Shown here: positions 15,888 to 25,900 of the stretch, one piece after another | How the letters are laid out: each line of letters opens with the position of its first letter | Numbering within the stretch: position 1 is the first letter of the stretch | From: Candidatus Eiseniibacteriota bacterium | Lineage (GTDB): Bacteria; Eisenbacteria; RBG-16-71-46; CAIMUX01 | NCBI GenBank assembly: GCA_020431745.1 | Contig: JAGQHR010000001.1 | Coordinates: forward strand, 1-34,165 | Direction of reading: 5' to 3' | Length of the DNA: 34,165 bases | The notes under the pieces: generated by a model | Told to the model about the DNA's origin: nothing | The model's database searches: none | The model's input: the letters and a program-made list of their open reading frames with translations, nothing else | Position numbers and translations under genes: made by a program

Positions 15888-16513
15888 TGGCCGGCCTCGG
15901 CGTGAAATTCCGCTGGCACTCGGGCAATCCCCGCTTCGCGGCCGACATGCTCCACCGATTCGAGCATCCCGAGCTCGCGGTGATCGAGCCGTGGCGCCGG
16001 ACCGATGTCCCCCGGCGCATCCTCGGCATGTACCAGCGGGGGGGGCGCGTCGGTGGCGAGCATGGGCAGGGGCCGTGGAAGCCGCTGCGGCAGTCCACCG
16101 TGGCGCAGAAGGGGCACAGCAAGGTCTTGCTCGGGGGCCGGGCCTCTTCGCTCTTCCAGTTCGGGCGCATGTCTCGCCGCTACCGGGTCGTGACCAAGCG
16201 CACGCAGGGTGGTTGGTGGACGGCCACGATCTCGAACGAGGCCCGCAGTGCGGACGGGTACGACTACCCGAGCCTGCACCACACGGGGGGCAAGAACTCC
16301 GGCACTTTCACGGTGCGGCCAAGGAAGGCTGGGGGCGTCCTGCGCTGGAGGGATGCCAACGGAACCGAGCACTTCGCTCGAGAGACGCACCCGCACCGTG
16401 TTCCCGCTCGTCCTCACCTGCAGTTCTACGGCTTGGACGTGCGTAATCTGCAGCGGCGCATGCTGCGCTACACCTTGGGAGGTCAACGTGCAGGTCAGTT
16501 GGGTCTGGGATAA
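15887..16513 (+). CDS. putative virion morphogenesis / tail completion protein (Mu gpG-like)
   Basis: HRVPARPHLQFYGL resembles the (I/V)PARPFLG box of Mu G-type proteins. ATG 15887 shares its A with the upstream TGA 15885-15887 (TGATG). The upstream 340 aa of ORF 14867-16513 were discarded as an alternate-frame artefact. Confidence 0.5.
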   Translation: MAGLGVKFRWHSGNPRFAADMLHRFEHPELAVIEPWRRTDVPRRILGMYQRGGRVGGEHGQGPWKPLRQSTVAQKGHSKVLLGGRASSLFQFGRMSRRYRVVTKRTQGGWWTATISNEARSADGYDYPSLHHTGGKNSGTFTVRPRKAGGVLRWRDANGTEHFARETHPHRVPARPHLQFYGLDVRNLQRRMLRYTLGGQRAGQLGLG

Positions 16514-16982
16514 GCCAGGGTTCGATCACGAGACGGCGCTGTGCCAGGTCGTCAACATGTGCGGGACGTCCGTGGGCATCAACTCCGTGGGCGGACTTCC
16601 GCCCTACACGGTCACCTGCGGGCTCCCCTGGACGGTCGGTCCCGATCTCTTCGTGCTGATGCGCGCGGACGGTCAGAGCGAACTGATCCTGAAGGTCTAT
16701 GACACGTTGGCGCACGCGCAGGCCGGGGGCGTGACGGGTCTGGTGGCGACGGCTGCGACGTCTACCGAGGACATCACCGACCCGCAGGACTTCACGATTG
16801 CGGACGGTGGCGACTACGACGGGTTCCACATCGCGACTTTGCCGAACGACGTGCAGAGCAATCCGGTGTGGAGCGTCTGGAAGGTCCCGGGAGGCGCGCA
16901 GCTCAACACGTCCAAGGAAGAGCAGACCTGCACGCTCGCGAAGGACACGTTGGAGGAGTACACCACCTCGGGGGGGTGCTAG
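16488..16982 (+). CDS. hypothetical structural-module protein
   Basis: GTG 16488 lies 6 nt after GGGAGG (16477-16482). 164 aa. The upstream part of ORF 16209-16982 overlaps the previous gene. Confidence 0.45.
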   Translation: MQVSWVWDKPGFDHETALCQVVNMCGTSVGINSVGGLPPYTVTCGLPWTVGPDLFVLMRADGQSELILKVYDTLAHAQAGGVTGLVATAATSTEDITDPQDFTIADGGDYDGFHIATLPNDVQSNPVWSVWKVPGGAQLNTSKEEQTCTLAKDTLEEYTTSGGC

Positions 16983-17023
16983 AGGGCGTCACCGTCCAGT
17001 GCGGTCCGCCCGGAAAGGCGCAC

Positions 17024-17335
17024 ATGGTTCCGCTGATCGCTGTGTATCAGACGCCCCCGATCACGCATGCGTGGGGGCTGTCGACGAGGCCGGACACCAA
17101 GCGGGTTCCGTTCGTCCTGGAGACGCGCGCGCGCCAGCTGGACGACGAGGACTCGTTCCGGGAGTGCCGGCAGCTGCACGCGGCGGCGGAATCGATCCTG
17201 AGCGATGAGCGGCGGGCCGAGTTCCCGCATCTGGTGTTCCGGGCGTCCCGGCACACCGCGGTCTCGACACCCGAGGGGTTCGAGTTCATCAGTCGATCGG
17301 AGTTCGAGTTGGTTGACCTGGAGGTTCTGCGGTGA
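17024..17335 (+). CDS. hypothetical neck/tail-proximal protein, short paralogue of the next gene
   Basis: Shares ESILSDERR and flanking pattern with 17332-18168. Start ATG 17024 is uncertain. Confidence 0.45.
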   Translation: MVPLIAVYQTPPITHAWGLSTRPDTKRVPFVLETRARQLDDEDSFRECRQLHAAAESILSDERRAEFPHLVFRASRHTAVSTPEGFEFISRSEFELVDLEVLR

Positions 17336-18168
17336 GAGCCCTGTTCGAAGACACCGCCTACCAGGCTGCGAATCCGCTCTTCCGGATCGATGAGATCGGG
17401 CTGGATGTCACCGACGTGCAGAAGCGCGACATCTATCTCGCCGTCACCAAGGCGAACGGTGGAGACATCTCCATCACCGCGTACGCCACGAGGGCCGAGG
17501 CCCAAGCAGGTTCGGGGACCGCGCTGGATTCGTGGACGGTGTCGGTTCCGGTCTCCGGCCCGTACACGGGCGCGGTCCTCGGCATCGTCCTGAAGGTCTC
17601 CGGGGCCGTCGCGAGTGGAGACGTGCTCGACTCCGTCTGGTGCTACACCTGCGCGCCGGACCTGGTGGCCATGGACAACATGCGCGACCTGATCCGCGAG
17701 TACACCGTGTCCGGGGCCGTGCTGGCAGACTTCGCGTCCGCGGATGTCGTCTCGGGCGACGTCACCCCTTCGTCGTCCGAGTACGAGATCCGCTTCTTTA
17801 CCGAGTCGGTTGAGCGCCAGGTGCAGGACGACACGAACAAGTTCTGGGGGCCGCAGTCGTACACCATCTCCGTGGTGATCCGGCACGCCTCGCTCGACGA
17901 CGACAACACCGACGGTGAGTTGCGCGAGGCCGTGTTCCACAGGCTGCGCCGGTACCAGGCGATCGTCGAATCCATCCTGAGCGACGAGCGGCGCAACAGC
18001 TACACGATCAGTGCGGGGCAAGGCGGGTCCTCGGCGGCTTGGCGGTGGATCGAGAGCGTTCCCCCGATCCCGGTCGACGATCCGAGCGGGCATTTCCAGA
18101 TTGCGATTTCACGCTACGAGTTCCGCGTCAACGGCATGTGGTCGGACGCGATCTACCCACGTTCGTAG
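17332..18168 (+). CDS. hypothetical neck/tail-terminator-position protein
   Basis: GTGA overlap start. 278 aa. Directly upstream of the tail tube gene. Confidence 0.6.
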   Translation: MRALFEDTAYQAANPLFRIDEIGLDVTDVQKRDIYLAVTKANGGDISITAYATRAEAQAGSGTALDSWTVSVPVSGPYTGAVLGIVLKVSGAVASGDVLDSVWCYTCAPDLVAMDNMRDLIREYTVSGAVLADFASADVVSGDVTPSSSEYEIRFFTESVERQVQDDTNKFWGPQSYTISVVIRHASLDDDNTDGELREAVFHRLRRYQAIVESILSDERRNSYTISAGQGGSSAAWRWIESVPPIPVDDPSGHFQIAISRYEFRVNGMWSDAIYPRS

Positions 18169-18180
18169 GAGGGTTCCATC

Positions 18181-19164
18181 ATGGCGGTCGGCGACTCCAA
18201 GGCAATGTTTCAGCGCGAAGGCGTGCGCCTCGCGTACAAGACCTCGGTGACGGCCACCGAAAGCACCGCGTGGGACTACGAGCTCCGCGAGTCCTCGATC
18301 TTCCTCCCGCGGCCCCAGCAGAGCCTCAACACCTGGGGCCTGTCCACGAGCGGGATTCCCGGCGTCTCGGCCTCTCAGAAGACGCTGGGACGGGTCGAGA
18401 CCGACTTCCAGATCGTGACCCCGTTCACGCCCGCGGCCTGGACGATCTTCGGCGCTTCGCTACTCCAGAGCGTGGGCGTTCACGACGGGACCAAGCACAC
18501 GATCGGGCCGTACACCGTGCCCATTCAGTCGACGCCGATCTACCTGCACATGGAGGGCGGGATCGCCTCGTCCGAGAAGGGTGTGCACCAGGTGGTGGGA
18601 GCCATCTGCACCTCCCTCGGGCTGTCGATCCCCCCGGTGGGCTCGGATCTCGGCCGGCCCATGATTACGGCCGGATTCATGGCGGCCAACGCCGCGGACA
18701 TCGACGACTTTTCGGCGTCCTCGGTCACGGCCACCGACACCGCGGAGCCGTTCACGACCAGCGACATCACGTTCAAGCTGGACACCACGAGCAAGAACTT
18801 CGTCGGCGGCAACATCACGATCGCCAACGCGGGCAGCCGGTCTCCGAACAACGGGACCACGCCCGATGCGATGTTCCGCGGGATGCTCACGGTCACCGGA
18901 GACATCACGGTCATGCGCTCGGGCGCCACGAGCGACGAGTACGACCTGCTGCTCACCGCGGCGGCGGCGAAAACCGTCAAGGAGGTGTCCTTCGTCAGCG
19001 GCTCCCCGGTGTGCTCGATCGCGGCGGACGTGAACATCCTGCCGTCCCCCACGGACGGCGAGCAGAACGGCATGGGCCTCGTGACCTTCCCGTTCGAGTA
19101 CGCCTATGTCGACACGTCCTCGATCCAGCTGATCGGCACGATTGCCGCGATCACCTGGTCGTAG
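18181..19164 (+). CDS. major tail (tube) protein
   Basis: AGGAGGG RBS. 327 aa. Position immediately upstream of the G/GT chaperone pair and the tape measure gene. Confidence 0.7.
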   Translation: MAVGDSKAMFQREGVRLAYKTSVTATESTAWDYELRESSIFLPRPQQSLNTWGLSTSGIPGVSASQKTLGRVETDFQIVTPFTPAAWTIFGASLLQSVGVHDGTKHTIGPYTVPIQSTPIYLHMEGGIASSEKGVHQVVGAICTSLGLSIPPVGSDLGRPMITAGFMAANAADIDDFSASSVTATDTAEPFTTSDITFKLDTTSKNFVGGNITIANAGSRSPNNGTTPDAMFRGMLTVTGDITVMRSGATSDEYDLLLTAAAAKTVKEVSFVSGSPVCSIAADVNILPSPTDGEQNGMGLVTFPFEYAYVDTSSIQLIGTIAAITWS

Positions 19165-19199
19165 AACCCCCACACCACGGAAGAAAGAAGGAGACCGGA

Positions 19200-19622
19200 A
19201 TGCTTCCTTGGCTCGACCCCAACACCGCGCAGCCCTACGTGCTGCCGATGGATCAGAGCGAACCTCGAACCGTCTTCTGGTTCAAGGTGCTCACCTACGA
19301 GGGCAACGCGAAGATCATCGCCATGCAGGAACGCCGGCAAGCCGTGGGCCTCATGGCGCACCAGGAAGAGAATGACCCCGAGCTGCGCAAGGCGGTGAAC
19401 GAGGCGCACGTCGAGGCGTTCGGCGAGTTCTGCACGAAGATCGAAAACGCACCAGGACCGGACGGCTCCCGGACCCTTTCCACCAAAGACGAAATCAGAG
19501 GGTTCCTGCGGGGGCTGCCCGTGTCCTGGTACACGATTTTGACGACGCTTGTGCACGCGGCGAACACGATGAAGTCCGACCTGGGAAAAGAATCCGCCTC
19601 GCCGCCTTTGCCCGCAGCCTGA
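19200..19622 (+). CDS. tail assembly chaperone (gpG-like)
   Basis: AAGGAGA RBS. 140 aa. Contains the slippery heptamer near its 3' end. Precedes the tape measure gene. Confidence 0.75.
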   Translation: MLPWLDPNTAQPYVLPMDQSEPRTVFWFKVLTYEGNAKIIAMQERRQAVGLMAHQEENDPELRKAVNEAHVEAFGEFCTKIENAPGPDGSRTLSTKDEIRGFLRGLPVSWYTILTTLVHAANTMKSDLGKESASPPLPAA

Positions 19623-20026
19623 ACGAGCTTGGGGAGCGGTCCAAGCCGAACTCCCTGCACAAGCTCAATCCCTGGGACTGCGGGGCGTGCAAGTCGGCAC
19701 GGCTGGACGAGGGACGGTGCTGCCTGCTCTGGCGCAGGACGGCGAGGCTTAGAGGCTACGGGACGATGAAGCGTGAGGAGATCCTGCACATCATGGACAT
19801 CACGAAGCCGCCCGAGCTGGGACCGAGAGACGATCGCGGCCGGTTCGTCTGTCCGATGGCCTTCCTCGAATCCGATGCGGTAGACGCTATGCGCCTGGAG
19901 GTGGAGGCGTCCGAGTACGGCCGGTACCCACGGACCAACCTCGAGAGCGATCTGTTCCTGACGGTCCGGGCAGCGCGCATGACGGCGCACGACACCATCG
20001 ACAAGATGACGCCGCGGGGGAAGTGA
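19200..20026 (+). CDS. tail assembly chaperone frameshift product (gpGT-like), -1 shift at 19583-19589
   Basis: After G GGA AAA the -1 frame is open without stops from 19589 to TGA 20024-20026. It joins ORF 19766-20026 and ends 1 nt before the tape measure start. Confidence 0.65.
19583..19589 (+). promoter_or_regulatory. programmed -1 ribosomal frameshift slippery heptamer GGGAAAA
   Basis: X XXY YYZ pattern in the zero frame (ctG GGA AAA gaa), 11 codons before the gpG-like stop. Confidence 0.65.
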
Positions 20027-20027
20027 C

Positions 20028-22004
20028 GTGTTCCGAGAACGCGCAGTCGGCCAGCTCGACCTCACGGGGGACATGCACCGTGAGCTGACGCGGATCAATC
20101 AGCAGCTGGACAAGATCGGCGACGGGAACCGTTACCAGCGCGCGACGGCTGCCTTCCTGGGGATCGGTGTGGCGCTGGACGCGGTCGCTCGCATCGGCCT
20201 CACGGTCGCCAGCCGCCTGGAGGGTGTGGCCCGGGCCGGAATGCGCGTGGAGGACACGCGCGCGGCCTGGCAGGCGTTCCTGGGCTCGGTGACGGCCGTG
20301 GACGAGCGAATGCGCGCGCTGTCCGACTTCTCGAAGCGGAACCGGATCTTCAACATCGCGGACGTGGAGCAGGCGGCGCTCTACATGCAGACCGTCTCCC
20401 GCTACTCGGAGCGTGCCCTTCGCGCGGCCGGGAATGCCGCGGCCCTCCGGGGTGGTGACCTCAACGATGCGGTGACAGCCATGCTGGCGGCGGCGCGCGG
20501 CGAGCTCGACCCCATCGAGCGCTACGGCGTCACCCGGCCCGAGATCAAGAAGATCATGGGACTGGAGACCCTGAGCTACCAGACCTCCCAAGACCTCGAC
20601 ACCATCTGGGAGGGTGTCCTCCGGCTCCTGGAGCAGAAGTTCAACGGCGGCATGGACCGGATGCAGCAGACCACCCGCGGCAAGCTCGGGGCGATCGCCA
20701 ACGAGTGGGAGCAGGCGCAACGGCAGATGGCCGGCGAGGGATTTGGGGGCGGGATGAGCAAGGGGCTCGACTCGGTCCTGACCAAGCTCCAGCAGATGAA
20801 CGCAGACGGCACCTTCCGCGACATCGGCGAGCAGCTGGGCGGTGCCATGACGCTCGCGGTCCGGTATCTGGAGTGGTGGAGCAAGACCCCCGATGCGCAG
20901 CTCATCCTGGGAGCGGCCAGGCGACTCCGGCAAGGCACGGAGGCGGTCGTCTCCTCGGGGTCGTTTGTCCAGGACGTGTTCGGGGGCCGCTACAGCCCGC
21001 AGATCGCCCGCATGCAGTCCTCGCGGGCCTGGATGAACCCGATGTACGGGGTGAGCATCAGGGACAACCAGGCGTCCACGTACGGGCCGTGGGCCGGCCT
21101 TCTCGGCAGCCCGCAGGACGTGATCCAGTATCCGTTCTACGGTCCCACGGCCGGGGCCGGCGCACCCGCGATGTCTTCGCTCGAGCGGTCCAAGCGCGAG
21201 CAGGAAGCCTACTGGGCGGCTCAGGGAGCCATCCCGCGGCCGGGAATCGCCAACCGTATGCCCGGCTCTCCCTGGGGCGGTCCGCGCACCGTGACAGGCG
21301 CTCCTCCGATCGAGCCCTCGATCCTTGGGCTGGACATGGACAAGCAGATCGACAAGGTCGCATCCTCGTGGGACAAGCTGATGCTGAAGGTGCAGACCGG
21401 TGCGATCACCATGCGCCAGGCGATCGAAGAAGAGTTCGGCAAGGGCACGCTCGCCACCTTCGACGCCCTGACCGCGGCCGCCGATCCCATGGCCAATGCG
21501 ATGACCGAGGCGATCTTCGGGGCCTCGAAGGCTCAGCTCCACGCGCTGGGGATGACCGCGCTCAAGGAGGGCACCTACTACCTGCTGAAAGCGGCTGCCA
21601 TCGCGGCTATTCCGTTCATGGAGGGCAACGCTTCCCAGATGGCCGCAGCCGGCGCCGGCCTCATTGCCTTCGGTGGGGGGCTGTCCGCTGCAACGGGAGG
21701 CGGGGGTGGTTCCGCCACAGGATCCCGCTCGTTTGGTGGTGTGGCGGGCGGCGGTGGTGGGACCACCCGCATCTCCGGCTCCGGGGGCTTCGCAAGCTCG
21801 GCCAGCGATGGCATCCGGGTCCTGCCCTCGATGCCCGAGACGCGCGGGCCCAACGTGACGATCAACTACCCGGGGACCGTGATCTACGGCCGCGAGGGCA
21901 TGCGTGACTTCCTGCAGCGCGAGATGGGTCCGATGATGCAGGACATGCTGCGCAGCAACCAGTTCCGACCCTCGGACATCCGCCGAGTGACGAGCGCCGC
22001 ATGA
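20028..22004 (+). CDS. tail tape measure protein
   Basis: 658 aa. Helical, Ala/Gly/Met-rich, with a Gly-rich hydrophobic segment (GGGLSAATGGGGGSATG). Canonical position after G/GT. Confidence 0.85.
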   Translation: MFRERAVGQLDLTGDMHRELTRINQQLDKIGDGNRYQRATAAFLGIGVALDAVARIGLTVASRLEGVARAGMRVEDTRAAWQAFLGSVTAVDERMRALSDFSKRNRIFNIADVEQAALYMQTVSRYSERALRAAGNAAALRGGDLNDAVTAMLAAARGELDPIERYGVTRPEIKKIMGLETLSYQTSQDLDTIWEGVLRLLEQKFNGGMDRMQQTTRGKLGAIANEWEQAQRQMAGEGFGGGMSKGLDSVLTKLQQMNADGTFRDIGEQLGGAMTLAVRYLEWWSKTPDAQLILGAARRLRQGTEAVVSSGSFVQDVFGGRYSPQIARMQSSRAWMNPMYGVSIRDNQASTYGPWAGLLGSPQDVIQYPFYGPTAGAGAPAMSSLERSKREQEAYWAAQGAIPRPGIANRMPGSPWGGPRTVTGAPPIEPSILGLDMDKQIDKVASSWDKLMLKVQTGAITMRQAIEEEFGKGTLATFDALTAAADPMANAMTEAIFGASKAQLHALGMTALKEGTYYLLKAAAIAAIPFMEGNASQMAAAGAGLIAFGGGLSAATGGGGGSATGSRSFGGVAGGGGGTTRISGSGGFASSASDGIRVLPSMPETRGPNVTINYPGTVIYGREGMRDFLQREMGPMMQDMLRSNQFRPSDIRRVTSAA

Positions 22005-22963
22005 CGATCTCCAACCCGCAAATCTCGCTCGGCCTGTGGATCCCCAACTCCACGCTCTCCGTCCCGGACACCGGCATCGCCGCGAACTCGCAGGGAGCCG
22101 CGGGTTGGGAGCGCGACAACGCCGCGCTGAGCCTGAACGCGGCCGACGGCGGACCCAATTCCTACGGTCACATGCGGGCCCAGCGGCTCAGCATCTCGGG
22201 CACCAGCACGACCACCCGGCGCTACTATTCTCCGCTCACGCCGTACGGCCAGTGCGTGGCCAACGCCGCGGCGAACTTCTTCTACGCGGTCGAGTGGTAC
22301 TCGGTCAGCGGGTCCGGCTCCTGGAGGCTGGAGCACTACACCTACGACAGCAGCGGCTCCCAGGTGGGCAGCACGCAGACGCCGATCTCCGCGCAGTCGT
22401 CAACCCCCAGCAGCTGGACCCTCACGACGGGCACGCTCAACTTCACGATTCCCGCGAGCGCGGCCTATCACCAGCTCGCGATCCGATACGACAACACGAG
22501 CAGCATGAACCGCGTCTTCCGCTTCGTCGGCTGCGGACTCTGGTTCGACCTGGAGAACTCCTACGTGCTCGGCTACATGCCGACCCACCCCGGGACGACG
22601 GCCCGCCGCATGGGCATGCGCGAGGAGTTCCGCACCGCGATCGGGGGACGCCGGTACATCAACGGGCAGAACCGGTGGGTGCAGCCGTGGCACATCGATC
22701 TGGCCCACGCGATCATGGACGACGACACGCACACGGAGCTGAGCCGGGCGCACGCGTACAACATGGGCCGGACCTACCAGGGCTCGGACAATCCAGGCGG
22801 CGGGCAATGGCCGATCCTGCTCAAGACCAACCATTCGGGGATGCCGTCGATCGGGTACTACGACTTCGACTCGACTGAGGAGCCGTGGAACGTCGGGACT
22901 GACGTCTACTGGGACCCGCCGTACTGGTCCGGTGTGGCCGGGCTGACGGAGCGCATCCTGTGA
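22001..22963 (+). CDS. distal tail protein-position protein (hypothetical tail component)
   Basis: ATGA overlap with the tape measure stop. 320 aa. Confidence 0.55.
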   Translation: MTISNPQISLGLWIPNSTLSVPDTGIAANSQGAAGWERDNAALSLNAADGGPNSYGHMRAQRLSISGTSTTTRRYYSPLTPYGQCVANAAANFFYAVEWYSVSGSGSWRLEHYTYDSSGSQVGSTQTPISAQSSTPSSWTLTTGTLNFTIPASAAYHQLAIRYDNTSSMNRVFRFVGCGLWFDLENSYVLGYMPTHPGTTARRMGMREEFRTAIGGRRYINGQNRWVQPWHIDLAHAIMDDDTHTELSRAHAYNMGRTYQGSDNPGGGQWPILLKTNHSGMPSIGYYDFDSTEEPWNVGTDVYWDPPYWSGVAGLTERIL

Positions 22964-25900
22964 CCGCCACGCACGCGATCTACGCTTCGGCAACCCCGGA
23001 GCTGTCTCGGGTCCTCATCGAGATCCAAGAGGACGGCGGGCAGTGGCTGGACTTCAACGCGCTCACCGGGGGCAATCAGTACGAGACCGGGCTTCGCACG
23101 CTCCCCGTGGTCACGAGCCGCATGGAGGCGGGCAAGCAGATCATCATCGACGAAATCAGCTCGCTCACGATGGCGAACGATCCGTACGAGGACAAGCCGT
23201 ACGGGATCTTCGACGCTCCGATCGGCCCGAGTTCCCCGCTCACGATCAACGGCTACACGTTCACCGGCTGGGTGGGGCGATATGTCCGGGTCCGGATCGC
23301 CGTGGCGTCCACGGGATCGTCGATCTCGACGCTCGGCTACTGGCTCATCTACGACGTGCAGACGACCAACCGCGAGGCCACGCTGCTCCTGCGGTCTCCG
23401 CTTTCGACGTTGGCCAACAAGTCCGCCGAGACGGTAAAAGAGGGCGGGCAGTGGTACCTCGGCGCGCATCTCTCGTTCCTGGTGGAACGGCTCCTCCAGG
23501 CGTCTACGCCGTCAGGAGTGGCCTCGATCGCAGTGTCAGACCTGACGCGTCCGGTGGCCTCTGCCGCGGTGCCGTCGAGTTGGGGGCCGTGTCCCGGGTA
23601 CACCGGTGCCACGGGGATGTCAATCGAGCGGTGGGTGCCCAAGTGCTTCGCAGCGGATCCCAACGACGAGGACATTCTCTACGTCGGGTTCGTGGTCCCG
23701 GATCGGCAGGACCAACGCAGCGGCGGACTCGGCCGGTTCAACATCGTGCGTGGCCGGTGGGAGTGGATCACGACACCCGATCAGTCCACGAGTCTGCGCG
23801 CATGGTATCCGGTGGCGATGACGGCGCGGGACGTGAGCGGCACGGTCTACCTGTCGGTGATGACGGTGGAACAGGGCAACGTCTCGCAGGACACCTCGGC
23901 GCGTTGGCTCATGCGGCAGTCGCTGTGGACGGCGGCGGACGGCGTGATCTCGGGCTCGCCCTCGGCCAACAAGTCCATGTGGGGAGCCTTCGAGACGCTG
24001 CGCAAGGGCATACAAGCCATTCCTGGGGGGATTGCCTACTACTACTGCGGGTATAACGACGGACTTGGGTCGTCCGCTGAGCAGTATTACGGCGAGCCGC
24101 CGATGGTCCCGTTCCCTCAGCATGTGAGCCAGACCTTCGATTCGGTGCTGGGAAACACCGTGTCGCTCAAGACGAGTTTGTGGTTCGGCTACACTCCCGA
24201 GCCCGCCCTCGGGACCTACTACACCGCGGACAACCAGTACGGGATTGACGACGAGAGCTTCCCCGTGGGGTCCTACATCTTCTTCATCGCGGCGAATCTG
24301 AGCGCCACGGCTTACGGCCACTTCCGGTACTACCTCTCCACGGCGTTCCGGGGCCGGCCGCTCCAGCACGACGACTCCTGGTACTGGATCGCGAAGAACG
24401 CCGGCACGCACCAGTACGCGCTTGCGAAAGGCGACTGGAACGACATCGACACGGATCCCGATTCCGACAACTTCACTCTCGGCGGCACCGAGCCCATGTG
24501 GGACCGGCAGATCCTGGCGTGGTCGCTCGCGCCGAGCAACACATCCACGACCGACTTCTACGGGTGGCTGTCTACGATCGAGTGGAACGAATCGGCCTCG
24601 GCCACGATTCCTTGGTCGCGCGCAGCCATCTACTGGATCCGGCGCACTGTTGCGGGCGTGGTGACTACGGGCGGGCCGCTCTGGAGCGAGACGCCCACGG
24701 GTGAGACTCCGGACAACGCCCGCATGATCGTTGACCTCTACAACCCCACCCTGCAATCCGGGGGATCGGGTGGATCGAATTCCTGTGGTGCGGTGATCGG
24801 CGTTGTGCTCAATCGTGCGAACGTCGCGGGACTTGCCTATGGTCTTGCGGTCCTCAAGGGAACGTCTCCGACGAACCTGACGGTGCTCCAGATGCTCGGC
24901 ACCTCGGGCTACAAGGGGCCGCGCTCGGGCATGCCGTTCTCGGGCTTCACCACGATCGCCTCGACCATCAACACTGCGACGGTGCAGTTCATCGACCAGG
25001 CTACCGGGACGGTGTGGCAGGTCGTCATCAACACGTTCACCACTTCGGTCACCTGGACGCAGCTCGCTGATGGCCGTCCGGTGCACCCGATCGAGCACTA
25101 CGTGGCCACCGACTACGGTGTCCGGATGACCGGCTCCGACGGCTATGGCCGATCGCTCTGGGGCATGGCCCCGGGGCTCCTCCCGCCGATGACCCACGAG
25201 GACTGGACCTACGACGCTGCCAAGCCAGCCTCGCAGCACCACGTCCCAGGGCTCTACCCGCTCGTGCAGCTCTCCCAGGTGATCGCTCCAGTCCTCGAGG
25301 TCGCCGACTTCTCGGGCATGAACTGCCGGGAAGCTCTGGAGGCGATTCTGGAGCTCTGCCCCGACTTCCGGCTCCGGCACAGCACGACCGCGCAATCCAT
25401 CGTGGTCGACGAGCGGGTGGAGGACACCTCGATCGCTACCCTCAAGGACATCGAGGAATACGGGGTCGTCAACCCCCAGGACAACGACGAGCTGCCGGCC
25501 GAGCCGGGGTACCTCCGGCGCATCTCCTACGACGACGTCGCGACCAGCGTGGAGGTCGTGCCCTACGAGACGGCTTCCACTGGGGAGCCGCAGGTGGAGC
25601 GCCTGAAGGCCGGGTACTCGACGTTCGCAGGCGAGTTCTTGGTGCGCTCGCGGACGCCGCGTCCCATGCGTGTGGAGATCGTCTCCGTGCACGGGAACGA
25701 CCCGACGGCCGGGGGCGACTACGAGACGATGATCTCCGCGGGCATGTTCCGCTGGCGCCGGCTCGCCGAGGTTGCCCAGTGCTACCTGGCGGTCGCTGTC
25801 GTGTCCTCGGCGGTGGCCATCACGGTCCGCGGGATCACCAAGAAGGGCGGCCGGTACTTTGCCGGTGAGCAGGAGCTGCAGAGCCGTGGGAAGGTCCGGG

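Noticed and set aside
19887-21542. 551-aa minus-strand ORF
   Set aside because: It is antisense to the tape measure gene and shows the same low-complexity Arg/Gly/Pro bias. The plus-strand gene has the expected context and features.
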